NCBI GenBank assembly: GCA_937959145.1
Contig: CALGMC010000011.1
Span: forward strand, 1 to 30,488
DNA length: 30,488 bases
Reading direction: 5' to 3'
Source of the DNA: an uncultured Chlorobiales bacterium
GTDB taxonomy: Bacteria > Bacteroidota > Chlorobiia > Chlorobiales > Thermochlorobacteraceae
This document shows positions 17,099 to 24,677 of the stretch, piece after piece. Position 1 is the stretch's first letter. Every line of letters begins with the position of its first letter. A program made the translations under genes and the position numbers. The notes beneath the pieces were generated by a model that saw only the letters and a list, made by a program, of their open reading frames with translations, made no database searches and was not told the DNA's origin.

Positions 17099-17805
17099 CA
17101 CATTCAATCGACGTGCCGAAAATTCTCGTTGTCGACGATGATGAATCCTCGCTCAAAGCCACAGAATATCAACTCATAGGGAAAGGCATTCGCCCCCGAA
17201 CTGCAATGAGCGTCGATGATGCTGAAATGCTCATCGCACAAGAAAAGCCCGAAATTATCATCTGCGATTGGTCGATGCCCGACCGCGACGGACTCGATTT
17301 CGTTAAATTGCTTCGCGCAAATTCAGACACCGCATCGATCTACTTTATCATGCTCACTGGCAGAGGCGGCACAGAAGATAAAATCACCGCGCTCACCCAA
17401 GGCGTCGACGACTATCTCGAGAAGCCCGTCAAAATTGCTGAACTTCAAGCGCGCATTCTCGTGGCTAAACGCATCATCAAACTCCAACAGCAGCTTGTTC
17501 ATCATCAAAAAATGCAAACCTACGCCGAAATGGCGGCGGCAGTGAGCCACGAAATCAACAACCCGCTCACGGGCTTGCTTGGCTATCTCGAACTGGTCAA
17601 GAAAAAAATTCAACGCGAGAATCTCGTGGAAAGTAATGTTGACCGAATTTTACAGATGATTGACCGCAGTTACGAGCAAGGCAAACGCATCGGTGAAATC
17701 GTCAAAAAACTGACGAGCCTTAAAGACTATCGGGTTAAAACTTACAACGACGGCATTCAAATGGTGGATATCGACGCAAACAACTCCGCCGCATCAGAGT
17801 CCTGA
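17095..17805 (+). CDS. Response-regulator receiver fused to a HisKA dimerisation domain, with no HATPase_c domain
   Basis: REC motifs VVDDD, ICDW (phospho-Asp), MLTG and EKP. The H-box SHEINNPL is followed by only about 70 aa with no N, G1, F or G2 boxes. ATGA overlap with thyX. Confidence 0.88.
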   Translation: MTHSIDVPKILVVDDDESSLKATEYQLIGKGIRPRTAMSVDDAEMLIAQEKPEIIICDWSMPDRDGLDFVKLLRANSDTASIYFIMLTGRGGTEDKITALTQGVDDYLEKPVKIAELQARILVAKRIIKLQQQLVHHQKMQTYAEMAAAVSHEINNPLTGLLGYLELVKKKIQRENLVESNVDRILQMIDRSYEQGKRIGEIVKKLTSLKDYRVKTYNDGIQMVDIDANNSAASES

Positions 17806-17810
17806 AACGC

Positions 17811-18641
17811 ATGGCGTATCTTGAACTGCTTCGCCCGTCCAACATTATCATTCTCTTTTTTGGCACATTGCTCGGCGCGTTTGTCGCCATAGGCGGAGGC
17901 GCATTTTCCCAACTCGATACCTACCTTGCAGGTTTAGCAACCATTCTCATCGGCGGCGCGGGCAATGTGATTAACGATTATTTCGATATTGAAATTGACC
18001 GTATTAACAAGCCTAAACGTCCGCTCGCACGCGGCGCGCTTTCACGCATGCACGCCTTCCGATACTGGCTCATTCTCAACCTTATCGCGCTCATCATCTC
18101 TTTTTTTCTCACGCCGCTCAACCTACTCATGGCACTCTTCACCATTCCCATGCTCTACATTTACAGCCGATACTTCAAGCGCATGCTCTTTATCGGCAAC
18201 CTTGTCATTTCCATATTGGTGAGTTTGGGATTTCTCTACGGTGCCGCTTCAACGGGCGAGGTGCAGAACGTCTTTTATCCAACCGTCTTTTCATTTCTCT
18301 TGAACTTGGGGCGCGAAATGCTCAAAGATTTGGAAGATGTTGAAGGCGATAACGCCTTAGGCGCAACAACGATTCCCATTCGCTTTGGCACAACTGCGAC
18401 GCTCGCGCTCGTAACGCTCATTTTCGCGCTTATGATAAGCACGACCGTCGTGCCTTATTGGACAAGGGAATATGGGCACATGTATTTTCTCGTCGTCATG
18501 CTTGGCACAAATCTCCCTCTGCTTTATGTCATGGTTAAAGCGTGGCATAATCCGACAAAAGAAAATTTATATCGGCAAAACACCTTGCTCAAAGTAGCGA
18601 TGGCATTTGGGATTATCTCTGTGGCTTTGGGGAAAGTGTAA
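17811..18641 (+). CDS. UbiA-family prenyltransferase, DGGGP-synthase-like
   Basis: Asp-rich motifs GNVINDYFDIEIDRINKPKRP and REMLKDLEDVEGD, with multiple TM helices. Confidence 0.85.
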   Translation: MAYLELLRPSNIIILFFGTLLGAFVAIGGGAFSQLDTYLAGLATILIGGAGNVINDYFDIEIDRINKPKRPLARGALSRMHAFRYWLILNLIALIISFFLTPLNLLMALFTIPMLYIYSRYFKRMLFIGNLVISILVSLGFLYGAASTGEVQNVFYPTVFSFLLNLGREMLKDLEDVEGDNALGATTIPIRFGTTATLALVTLIFALMISTTVVPYWTREYGHMYFLVVMLGTNLPLLYVMVKAWHNPTKENLYRQNTLLKVAMAFGIISVALGKV

Positions 18642-18642
18642 C

Positions 18643-18665
18643 AAAAAGCCGCTTTAAGAGCGGCT
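18643..18665 (-). terminator. Intrinsic terminator between convergent genes
   Basis: AGCCGCT-TTAAG-AGCGGCT stem. The A5 at 18643-18647 gives a U-tract on the minus strand. Confidence 0.7.
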
Positions 18666-18689
18666 GAAATGTTCGGATAAAATGTTCAA

Positions 18690-18971
18690 TTATGCGGTCT
18701 GTTCAACTTCTTTGCCCTTTTTGAAAATCGGAACGGCGGCGCATGCTTCGCCATACATCACCTTTTGCGCGTGTTGCACCAAGTAGCCCGTAACCACCAT
18801 ATATGCCCAAGTCGGAATCGGGGTTGAGCCACAACCTTTGATAATCACTTTTTTTCCGTCATACTGCGTCCAATCATGCGCTTCTAATTTTTCGCGAAAG
18901 ACGGATTCTTTCAAAATGCCGTTCCATAAAAAATCTTGAATATCAAATTCCAACAACGCTTTGTTTTCCAT
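18690..18971 (-). CDS. Short DUF2480-like protein
   Basis: FDIQDFL..GILKE..FRE.L..HDWTQY and IPTWAYM..T..L...A.KV.YG match my recollection of DUF2480. It carries two Cys (KGCG, GEAC). Confidence 0.7.
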   Translation of the reverse strand: MENKALLEFDIQDFLWNGILKESVFREKLEAHDWTQYDGKKVIIKGCGSTPIPTWAYMVVTGYLVQHAQKVMYGEACAAVPIFKKGKEVEQTA

Positions 18972-19134
18972 AGTCAAAGTTAATTTTGATTAGGATTGAG
19001 TTCGAGTGTAAGTATTTCTGCCTCTTTTGCACGGAACATTTCGCTGAAATAGGATTGCACGATTTGGCGCGGGAAATCCAAACACAGTCCTAAAAACAGG
19101 GCTGTTCCGCTTAATGTTGAAAGAATCTCCATCG

Positions 19135-19464
19135 TCATGGTTGAGATTTGAAAAGTTTATAGTGATAGTCTCCTAATTTTTCTATGCAAATCATATCTCC
19201 TGCTTTCAGCCCTGATTCTACGACCCATTTGCCCGTGCCGTTCATCGACTTTGACTTTTTGCGAAAACAAAATTTCCCCTTTTCAATGTCGGTTTCGAAC
19301 GACCAGCCTAAGTCGGTTTCAATGAGCAGTTTCCTGCCTTCGCCGTGTGCGGTTTCAATCGCATCGGGCGGAAAAAAGTCTAAAATGTCAAAGAGATTGA
19401 TTTGTTTTTCGTAGAACCAAACTTCTTCCTGCGACTTAATCGGAATTTTTCTAATGTCTTCCAT
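19135..19464 (-). CDS. Hypothetical protein (109 aa), possible DNA-binding pseudobarrel (B3/EcoRII-N-like) fold
   Basis: ATG-started ORF co-oriented with iscA. The C-terminal GKWVVESGLKAGDMICIEK resembles the W...L..GD.h.h motif of B3-type barrels. The fold call is weak. Confidence 0.6.
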   Translation of the reverse strand: MEDIRKIPIKSQEEVWFYEKQINLFDILDFFPPDAIETAHGEGRKLLIETDLGWSFETDIEKGKFCFRKKSKSMNGTGKWVVESGLKAGDMICIEKLGDYHYKLFKSQP

Positions 19465-19519
19465 CAGCCTATCCGTGATTTGGTGCTTGTTTTAGCATCA
19501 AAGTTTAAGAGGCAGCTGG

Positions 19520-19846
19520 TTATACTGAAAATGATTCGCCGCAGCCACATGAGCGTGCCGCATTCGGATTGACGAAATGAAATCCTTTGCCATTCAAGCC
19601 GTCCGAAAAGTCTAACTGCGTGCCTGCAAGGTAAAGAAACGACTTCATGTCGACGAAGATCTTAACGCCTTTGTCTTCAAAAACTTGGTCGCCTTTTTTT
19701 TCTTCGTTGTCGAAGTCAAGTCCATATGAAAGTCCCGAACAGCCGCCGCCTTTAACGCTAACGCGGAGACCGTAATCAGGTCCGAGATTTTGTTGCGCTT
19801 TGAGACGCTCAACTTGTGCGAGTGCTTTTTCGGATATAGTAATCAT
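19520..19846 (-). CDS. iscA: A-type Fe-S carrier protein (HesB/IscA)
   Basis: GGGCSG and RSCGCGESF supply the three conserved Cys. Confidence 0.95.
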   Translation of the reverse strand: MITISEKALAQVERLKAQQNLGPDYGLRVSVKGGGCSGLSYGLDFDNEEKKGDQVFEDKGVKIFVDMKSFLYLAGTQLDFSDGLNGKGFHFVNPNAARSCGCGESFSV

Positions 19847-19893
19847 GGTTGTGTTCAGTAATGAAATCTAAACGTTCTTGTGCATTCGTAGAG

Positions 19894-19942
19894 AAAAAAG
19901 CGCGAAACCCTTTTCGTATCATTTGAATCGTGTTTCGCGCTT
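19894..19942 (-). terminator. Hairpin with U-tract between iscU and iscA
   Basis: Perfect 11-bp inverted repeat AAGCGCGAAAC (19898-19908) / GTTTCGCGCTT (19932-19942) with a 23-nt loop. The minus strand continues into U6. Confidence 0.6.
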
Positions 19943-19950
19943 CAAAAAAG

Positions 19951-20373
19951 TTATGCGTTGGCTAAAGCTTCTTGGGCTTTTTCACGCTTTGCGGTCTGTT
20001 TCTTTTTGAAATCTTCAATCGCCGCCTTGATAGCATCTTCGGCTAAAACCGAGCAGTGAATTTTGACGGGCGGTAAGTTCAACTCTTGCACCAACTCCGT
20101 ATTCTTAATTTTTTCTGCTTCTTCGATGGTTTTTCCTTTGAGCATTTCCGTAGCGAGTGAAGACGAGGCAATCGCTGAGCCGCAACCAAATGTTTTGAAT
20201 TTTGCGTCTTCAATCACGCCTGTTTCTTCGTTGACGCGAATTTGCAGTTTCATCACGTCGCCACACTCAGGTGCGCCGACGAGCCCTGTGCCGACGGTTT
20301 CATCTTTCGCATCAAGCGAGCCGACATTGCGAGGGTTATTGTAGTGGTCAATGACCTTTGTTGAGTAAGCCAT
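19951..20373 (-). CDS. iscU: Fe-S scaffold protein
   Basis: GAPECGDVM, FKTFGCGSAIAS and LPPVKIHCS motifs. Confidence 0.97.
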   Translation of the reverse strand: MAYSTKVIDHYNNPRNVGSLDAKDETVGTGLVGAPECGDVMKLQIRVNEETGVIEDAKFKTFGCGSAIASSSLATEMLKGKTIEEAEKIKNTELVQELNLPPVKIHCSVLAEDAIKAAIEDFKKKQTAKREKAQEALANA

Positions 20374-20414
20374 AGTGATTAAATAGTTTAAGGTTTGTAA
20401 TACAGTGTTTCAGA

Positions 20415-21659
20415 TTAGTGATGATTCCATTGAACCGTTTTCAAATCGATGCCCGCTTTCGCCATTTCGTAGAGCGGCGACATCTCGCGCAAACGATTAA
20501 CGGCTTCAACCGTGATTTGAATGGCGTAATCGACTTCTTCTTCGGTCGTAAAGCGTCCAAGCCCGTAGCGAATCGAAGAGTGCGCCAGTTCATCACCGAC
20601 GCCCAACGCTTTGAGTACGTGCGACGGCTCAAGCGATGCGCTCGTGCAAGCAGAGCCAGAAGAAACCGCCAATCCTTTCAGCCCCATCAACAACCCTTCG
20701 CCCTCGACATATGCGTAGCTAATGTTGAGGTTTCCGGGCAATCGGCTTTCCATAGAGCCGTTGATGTAGCACTCCTCGAGTTGAGACATGATGCCGTCTT
20801 TAAGCTTGTTGCGCAAGTAGGTCAGTCGTTTCATTTCGCTTGGCAGTTCTTCTATGGCGATTTCCAAGGCTTTGCCTAATCCCACGATGCCAGGCACGTT
20901 GAGCGTGCCGCTTCGCATGCCGCGCTCTTGACCGCCGCCGTCAATCACGCCCGCAAGTTTCACACGCGGATTTTTACGGCGGACATAGAGCGCGCCAACG
21001 CCTTTCGGACCGTAAATTTTATGACCTGAAATTGCAAGCACATCGATTTTCATTGCATTGACATCAACAGGCACTTTACCAACGGCTTGAACGGCGTCGG
21101 TGAAGAAAAGCACGCCATGTTTGCGACAGATTTCGCCGATTTGCGCCATCGGTTGAATAACGCCGATTTCGTTATTCGCCATCATAATCGCAACCATGAT
21201 GGTTTTATCGGTAATGGCGGCTTCAAGTTGCTCTAAATCTACAATGCCGTCTTGTTTCGGCGCAAGATAGGTTACAGTTGCTTTCCCCTCGCGTTCTAAT
21301 CGGCGGCAGGTATCGAGCACGGCTTTATGCTCCGTGAGAAGCGTGATGATGTGGTTGCCTTTTTCGGCATACATTTCAACCGCACCTTTAATTGCGATAT
21401 TATCGGATTCAGTCGCGCCGCTCGTGAAAATGATTTCTTTTGCATCTGCGCCGATGGCTTTGGCGACCTGTTCGCGGGCTTTCTCTACCGCTTCTTCCGC
21501 TTCCCATCCATATGCATGATTGCGGGACGCCGCATTTCCAAATTTCTCGGTGAAATATGGCATCATCGCCTCCAAAACGCGCGGATCCATCGGCGTTGTG
21601 GCGTTGTTATCCATATAAATCGGTCTGCTCAAATCCAGAGATGTTTTGTCGAGAGCCAT
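20415..21659 (-). CDS. iscS: Group I cysteine desulfurase
   Basis: DNNATT, TEHKAV, PLP-binding [22 protein letters not shown] and catalytic loop SSGSACTS. Confidence 0.97.
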   Translation of the reverse strand: MALDKTSLDLSRPIYMDNNATTPMDPRVLEAMMPYFTEKFGNAASRNHAYGWEAEEAVEKAREQVAKAIGADAKEIIFTSGATESDNIAIKGAVEMYAEKGNHIITLLTEHKAVLDTCRRLEREGKATVTYLAPKQDGIVDLEQLEAAITDKTIMVAIMMANNEIGVIQPMAQIGEICRKHGVLFFTDAVQAVGKVPVDVNAMKIDVLAISGHKIYGPKGVGALYVRRKNPRVKLAGVIDGGGQERGMRSGTLNVPGIVGLGKALEIAIEELPSEMKRLTYLRNKLKDGIMSQLEECYINGSMESRLPGNLNISYAYVEGEGLLMGLKGLAVSSGSACTSASLEPSHVLKALGVGDELAHSSIRYGLGRFTTEEEVDYAIQITVEAVNRLREMSPLYEMAKAGIDLKTVQWNHH

Positions 21660-21704
21660 TGTCTATTTCTGTTTAAGGTTGTAAAAATTACATCGACATT
21701 TATT

Positions 21705-22103
21705 TCACAGAATTTCTGCGACGGTTGCCTCGCTAAAAATTTCGCGGAAGCGTGTCTGTATTTCGGTAAGCGGTTTTTTTATACCGCACCCTGAAAATGC
21801 CGAGCACCCATTTGGATTATCGGCGCAGTCTATCAGTTGAATCGGGTCGTCAATGGCATCGGCGATTTCCGTGAAAGAAATTTGCGACGCAGGTTTATTG
21901 AGCCGATAGCCCCCTTTGACACCTTGAACGGACGAGACGATTTCCGCTTTTGTGAGTTGCTGTAAAATTTTCGCAACCAACTCGTAAGAAATACCGGCTT
22001 TATCCGCGATTTCTTTCGCAGTTGCAATGTCGCCGTTTCGCGTTTGAGCGATGTAGCGAATTGCGAGCAACCCGTATTCAAATTTTTTGGTTAGCTTTAA
22101 CAT
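21705..22103 (-). CDS. iscR: Rrf2-family regulator with three Cys (IscR-like)
   Basis: wHTH with the wing motif QGVKGGYRL and C-x6-C-x5-C ligands. It is the first gene of the isc cluster. The His ligand of E. coli IscR is not evident. Confidence 0.8.
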   Translation of the reverse strand: MLKLTKKFEYGLLAIRYIAQTRNGDIATAKEIADKAGISYELVAKILQQLTKAEIVSSVQGVKGGYRLNKPASQISFTEIADAIDDPIQLIDCADNPNGCSAFSGCGIKKPLTEIQTRFREIFSEATVAEIL

Positions 22104-22117
22104 TTTAGACCGAATCT

Positions 22118-22142
22118 AAATAAGACCGTTTTAGTCCGAGTT
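22118..22142. promoter_or_regulatory. Putative Rrf2/IscR type-1-like operator 2 (5' UTR of rrf2)
   Basis: The minus strand reads AACTCGGACTAAAACGGTCTTATTT, with a GAC-N7-GTC core like the IscR type-1 box. Confidence 0.6.
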
Positions 22143-22206
22143 TTCATCAATAAAAAAGTCGATTTGGACGACCTTACATAAAGCAGAAGCGTATCCGCTC
22201 TTAAAT

Positions 22207-22231
22207 AATTCCGACTACTTTTGTCGGAATT
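22207..22231. promoter_or_regulatory. Putative Rrf2/IscR type-1-like operator 1
   Basis: Perfect 9-bp inverted repeat AATTCCGAC-N7-GTCGGAATT abutting the -10 element. Confidence 0.78.
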
Positions 22232-22260
22232 AAGATAGGAAAAGTTTCAGAGTTTGTCAA
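22232..22260 (-). promoter_or_regulatory. Sigma70-type promoter of the isc operon
   Basis: The minus strand reads TTGACA (22260-22255), 17 nt, then TATCTT (22237-22232). Confidence 0.75.
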
Positions 22261-22287
22261 GAACTTTTTGACGAGGTGTGTGTCGGT

Positions 22288-22318
22288 TTTGACGTTGAGC
22301 GATGAAGTGTTATATTTG
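22288..22318 (+). promoter_or_regulatory. Promoter of the rimP-nusA-infB operon
   Basis: TTTG (22288-22291), 19 nt, then TATATTTG (22311-22318). It can also be read as TTGACG-N16-TATATT with an extended TG. Confidence 0.72.
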
Positions 22319-22345
22319 CAATGCAGTCAATTTAGGTTATGTGCT

Positions 22346-22375
22346 AAAAAGTGGGACGCGCTTCCCACTTTTTTT
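22346..22375 (+). terminator. rimP leader hairpin / attenuator
   Basis: AAAAAGTGGGA-CGCGCT-TCCCACTTTTTTT lies between the promoter and rimP, with a GTGGG/CCCAC stem like the widespread rimP leader. Confidence 0.75.
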
Positions 22376-22423
22376 GTTATCGGAAAGAACTTAAAACAAC
22401 ATATAAACAACATTTTTGCGGAA

Positions 22424-22960
22424 TTGTCGTCGTCTCGTGTTGAACAGTTAACCGCGTGGATTACGCGCTCAATATCGGAACATAACAGAGAGCAAGGCTA
22501 CTCGAGTGAAACGGAACTCTTTCTTGTTGAACTTCTCTTCCGAAATGTGAACGGCACGGATTATCTGGAAATTTATGTAGATACCGACAAAGGTGTTACG
22601 ATTGACGCATGTGCGCGGCTGAGCCGAAAGTTGGGGGAAGAAGTGGAAGTTCAGCCTGAACTTCAAGACCTGTTGCCGAATCGCTTTCGCCTCGATGTCT
22701 CCTCGCCCGGTCTCTCGCGACCGTTGAAGTTGGAGCGGCAGTATCGCAAAAATATCGGGCGACTGTTGCGCGTGAAATACAAAGATTCAAATGATGTTTA
22801 TCACGTGGTTAAAGGTCGGCTTGTGCATCTTTCCGAACACGCACCGATTGAGTTGACATTGCAGCGTATGTCGGAAAAGAAAGGAAAAAATACGGAGGCT
22901 GAACGCTTGATGCTTCCCTTGTCTCAACTTGTGGAAGCCACAGTGGAAGTAGAATTTTAA
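22424..22960 (+). CDS. rimP: Ribosome maturation factor RimP
   Basis: LEIYVDTDKGVTIDACARLSR and LDVSSPGLSRPL motifs. Start placed at TTG 22424, the first ATG/GTG/TTG downstream of the leader hairpin. The ORF-track start at 22268 lies upstream of the promoter. Confidence 0.9.
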   Translation: MSSSRVEQLTAWITRSISEHNREQGYSSETELFLVELLFRNVNGTDYLEIYVDTDKGVTIDACARLSRKLGEEVEVQPELQDLLPNRFRLDVSSPGLSRPLKLERQYRKNIGRLLRVKYKDSNDVYHVVKGRLVHLSEHAPIELTLQRMSEKKGKNTEAERLMLPLSQLVEATVEVEF

Positions 22961-23055
22961 TTCATGGTTGTCATCAAAACGAGTGTTATCAAAACACCAT
23001 CGGCAGTTCGAGAACTTTTAGATGAAAAATTTTAGAGCGAAACCTTTTTAGAGCA

Positions 23056-24597
23056 ATGGCAAAACGTAAAAACGCAGAACTCACACAGGAAGACCGCAAA
23101 ACTCAATTGGTGGAAGCCTTTGCGGCGATTGAGAAGTCAGACCAGATGCGCGACAAGAAAACCGACACGTCGCTACTGAAATCCGACATGGTCGACTTGC
23201 TTAAAGACATGATTTTGAAGCAACTGCGAAAAGAATACGACCCGGAAGTGAACGCACGTGTGATTATCAATCCCGATAGAGGCGACTTCGAGGTCTACAT
23301 CAATAAAACCATTGTGGAAGAAATCGACATTCCAACGATTGAAATCGATATCAAAACCGTTCGCGAAATCGATGATTCGCTCGAGGTCGGTGATACTTAC
23401 GAGGAGGGTCCGATTCCTCTTGAGTCAATTCTTTCGCGCAAGTCTATCCAGATTATCAAACAAGCGGTTCAGAAGAAGCGACGCGATTCAGATAAGCAAT
23501 CGCTTTATGAAGAATGCTTGGAGCGCGTAGGAGAGGTTGTTTCCGCGGAGCTCTATCAAATACGCAATAAGGAAACTATTTTCACTTACAATACGAGCAA
23601 GGACCAAAAAATTGAGTTGATATTGCCACATTCGGAGAAAATGTATAAAGATAATCCGCGCAAAAATCCACGAATGAAACTTTACATCAAGCGCGTGGAA
23701 CGTGAAAAAGTGAAAGTCAAGTTGGAAGATGGAACGGAGATTGAGAAAGAGCGCGAAGATGGACCGATGCGTGTGATTGTCTCAAGAACGGATGATAACT
23801 TCTTGCGCAAACTTTTTGAAAGTGAAGTTACGGAAATCGCCGAAGGATTGGTGATTATTAAAGGGATTGCTCGTGTTCCCGGAGAGCGCGCTAAAGTCGC
23901 CGTTGAGTCGACAAGTAACCGTATCGACCCCGTCGGTGCGTGCGTCGGGCACAAAGGCAAACGTATTCAAAACATCGTCAAGGAGCTCAACAACGAGAAC
24001 ATTGATGTCGTCTCATATAGCGACGAACCGCAAATCTACATCGTTCGTGCCATGCAACCAGCGAAGATAGACCCTATGTCCGTCCTTGTTGATTTTAAGA
24101 ACAAGCGTGCGCGTGTGATGCTAAAGCCTGACCAAATCAAATATGCTATTGGCAGAAATGGAAATAACATTCTTCTCGCCGAAAAACTAACTGGATTTGA
24201 GATTGAAATTTATCGCGAAATCGATAAAACTGACGACCCGAACGATATTGACATCATTGCGTTTCGCGAAGATTTCGGGGACGACATGATTTATCAACTG
24301 CTTGATAAAGGGCTGGACACAGCGAAAAAAATCATTGATGCAGGTGTTGAAGCAGTTGAAAACGCCCTCATAATGCCAACAATTCGCGCCGATTTCTTCG
24401 AGAGCGGCGGCAAAGATAAGAAGTCGTCAAAGCCTTTTGTGAAGATGATGACCGAAGACGAGCGCAAACACTGGCGAAAAATCGCGGAAAACATCTATAA
24501 GACCGTTCAAGCGGAATATCACGCCGAAGCCGAACATGAAGAAACGCCCGCCGAAGGCGAGCCAGAGCAAGAAGCGTCGCCAAACGCTCAAAATTAA
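23056..24597 (+). CDS. nusA: Transcription termination/antitermination factor NusA
   Basis: S1 and KH motifs ARVPGERAKVAV, IDPVGACVG and AIGRNGNNI, in conserved operon position. Confidence 0.97.
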   Translation: MAKRKNAELTQEDRKTQLVEAFAAIEKSDQMRDKKTDTSLLKSDMVDLLKDMILKQLRKEYDPEVNARVIINPDRGDFEVYINKTIVEEIDIPTIEIDIKTVREIDDSLEVGDTYEEGPIPLESILSRKSIQIIKQAVQKKRRDSDKQSLYEECLERVGEVVSAELYQIRNKETIFTYNTSKDQKIELILPHSEKMYKDNPRKNPRMKLYIKRVEREKVKVKLEDGTEIEKEREDGPMRVIVSRTDDNFLRKLFESEVTEIAEGLVIIKGIARVPGERAKVAVESTSNRIDPVGACVGHKGKRIQNIVKELNNENIDVVSYSDEPQIYIVRAMQPAKIDPMSVLVDFKNKRARVMLKPDQIKYAIGRNGNNILLAEKLTGFEIEIYREIDKTDDPNDIDIIAFREDFGDDMIYQLLDKGLDTAKKIIDAGVEAVENALIMPTIRADFFESGGKDKKSSKPFVKMMTEDERKHWRKIAENIYKTVQAEYHAEAEHEETPAEGEPEQEASPNAQN

Positions 24598-24677
24598 CTA
24601 TGCACGACCATGTGCGTCGTCTCAATCGTTTATACAAGCAGTCGTAACCCATAACGCGACGGAAGGAAGAAGGAAAG

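Noticed and set aside
19084-19105. Hairpin ACAGTCCT/AGGGCTGT between the 109-aa ORF and DUF2480
   Set aside because: It pairs fully only on the non-coding strand and has no U-tract, so it is too weak to call a terminator.
22268-22423. Apparent 52-aa N-terminal extension of RimP
   Set aside because: It spans the promoter and the terminator-like leader, so it is an artefact of taking the longest ORF.
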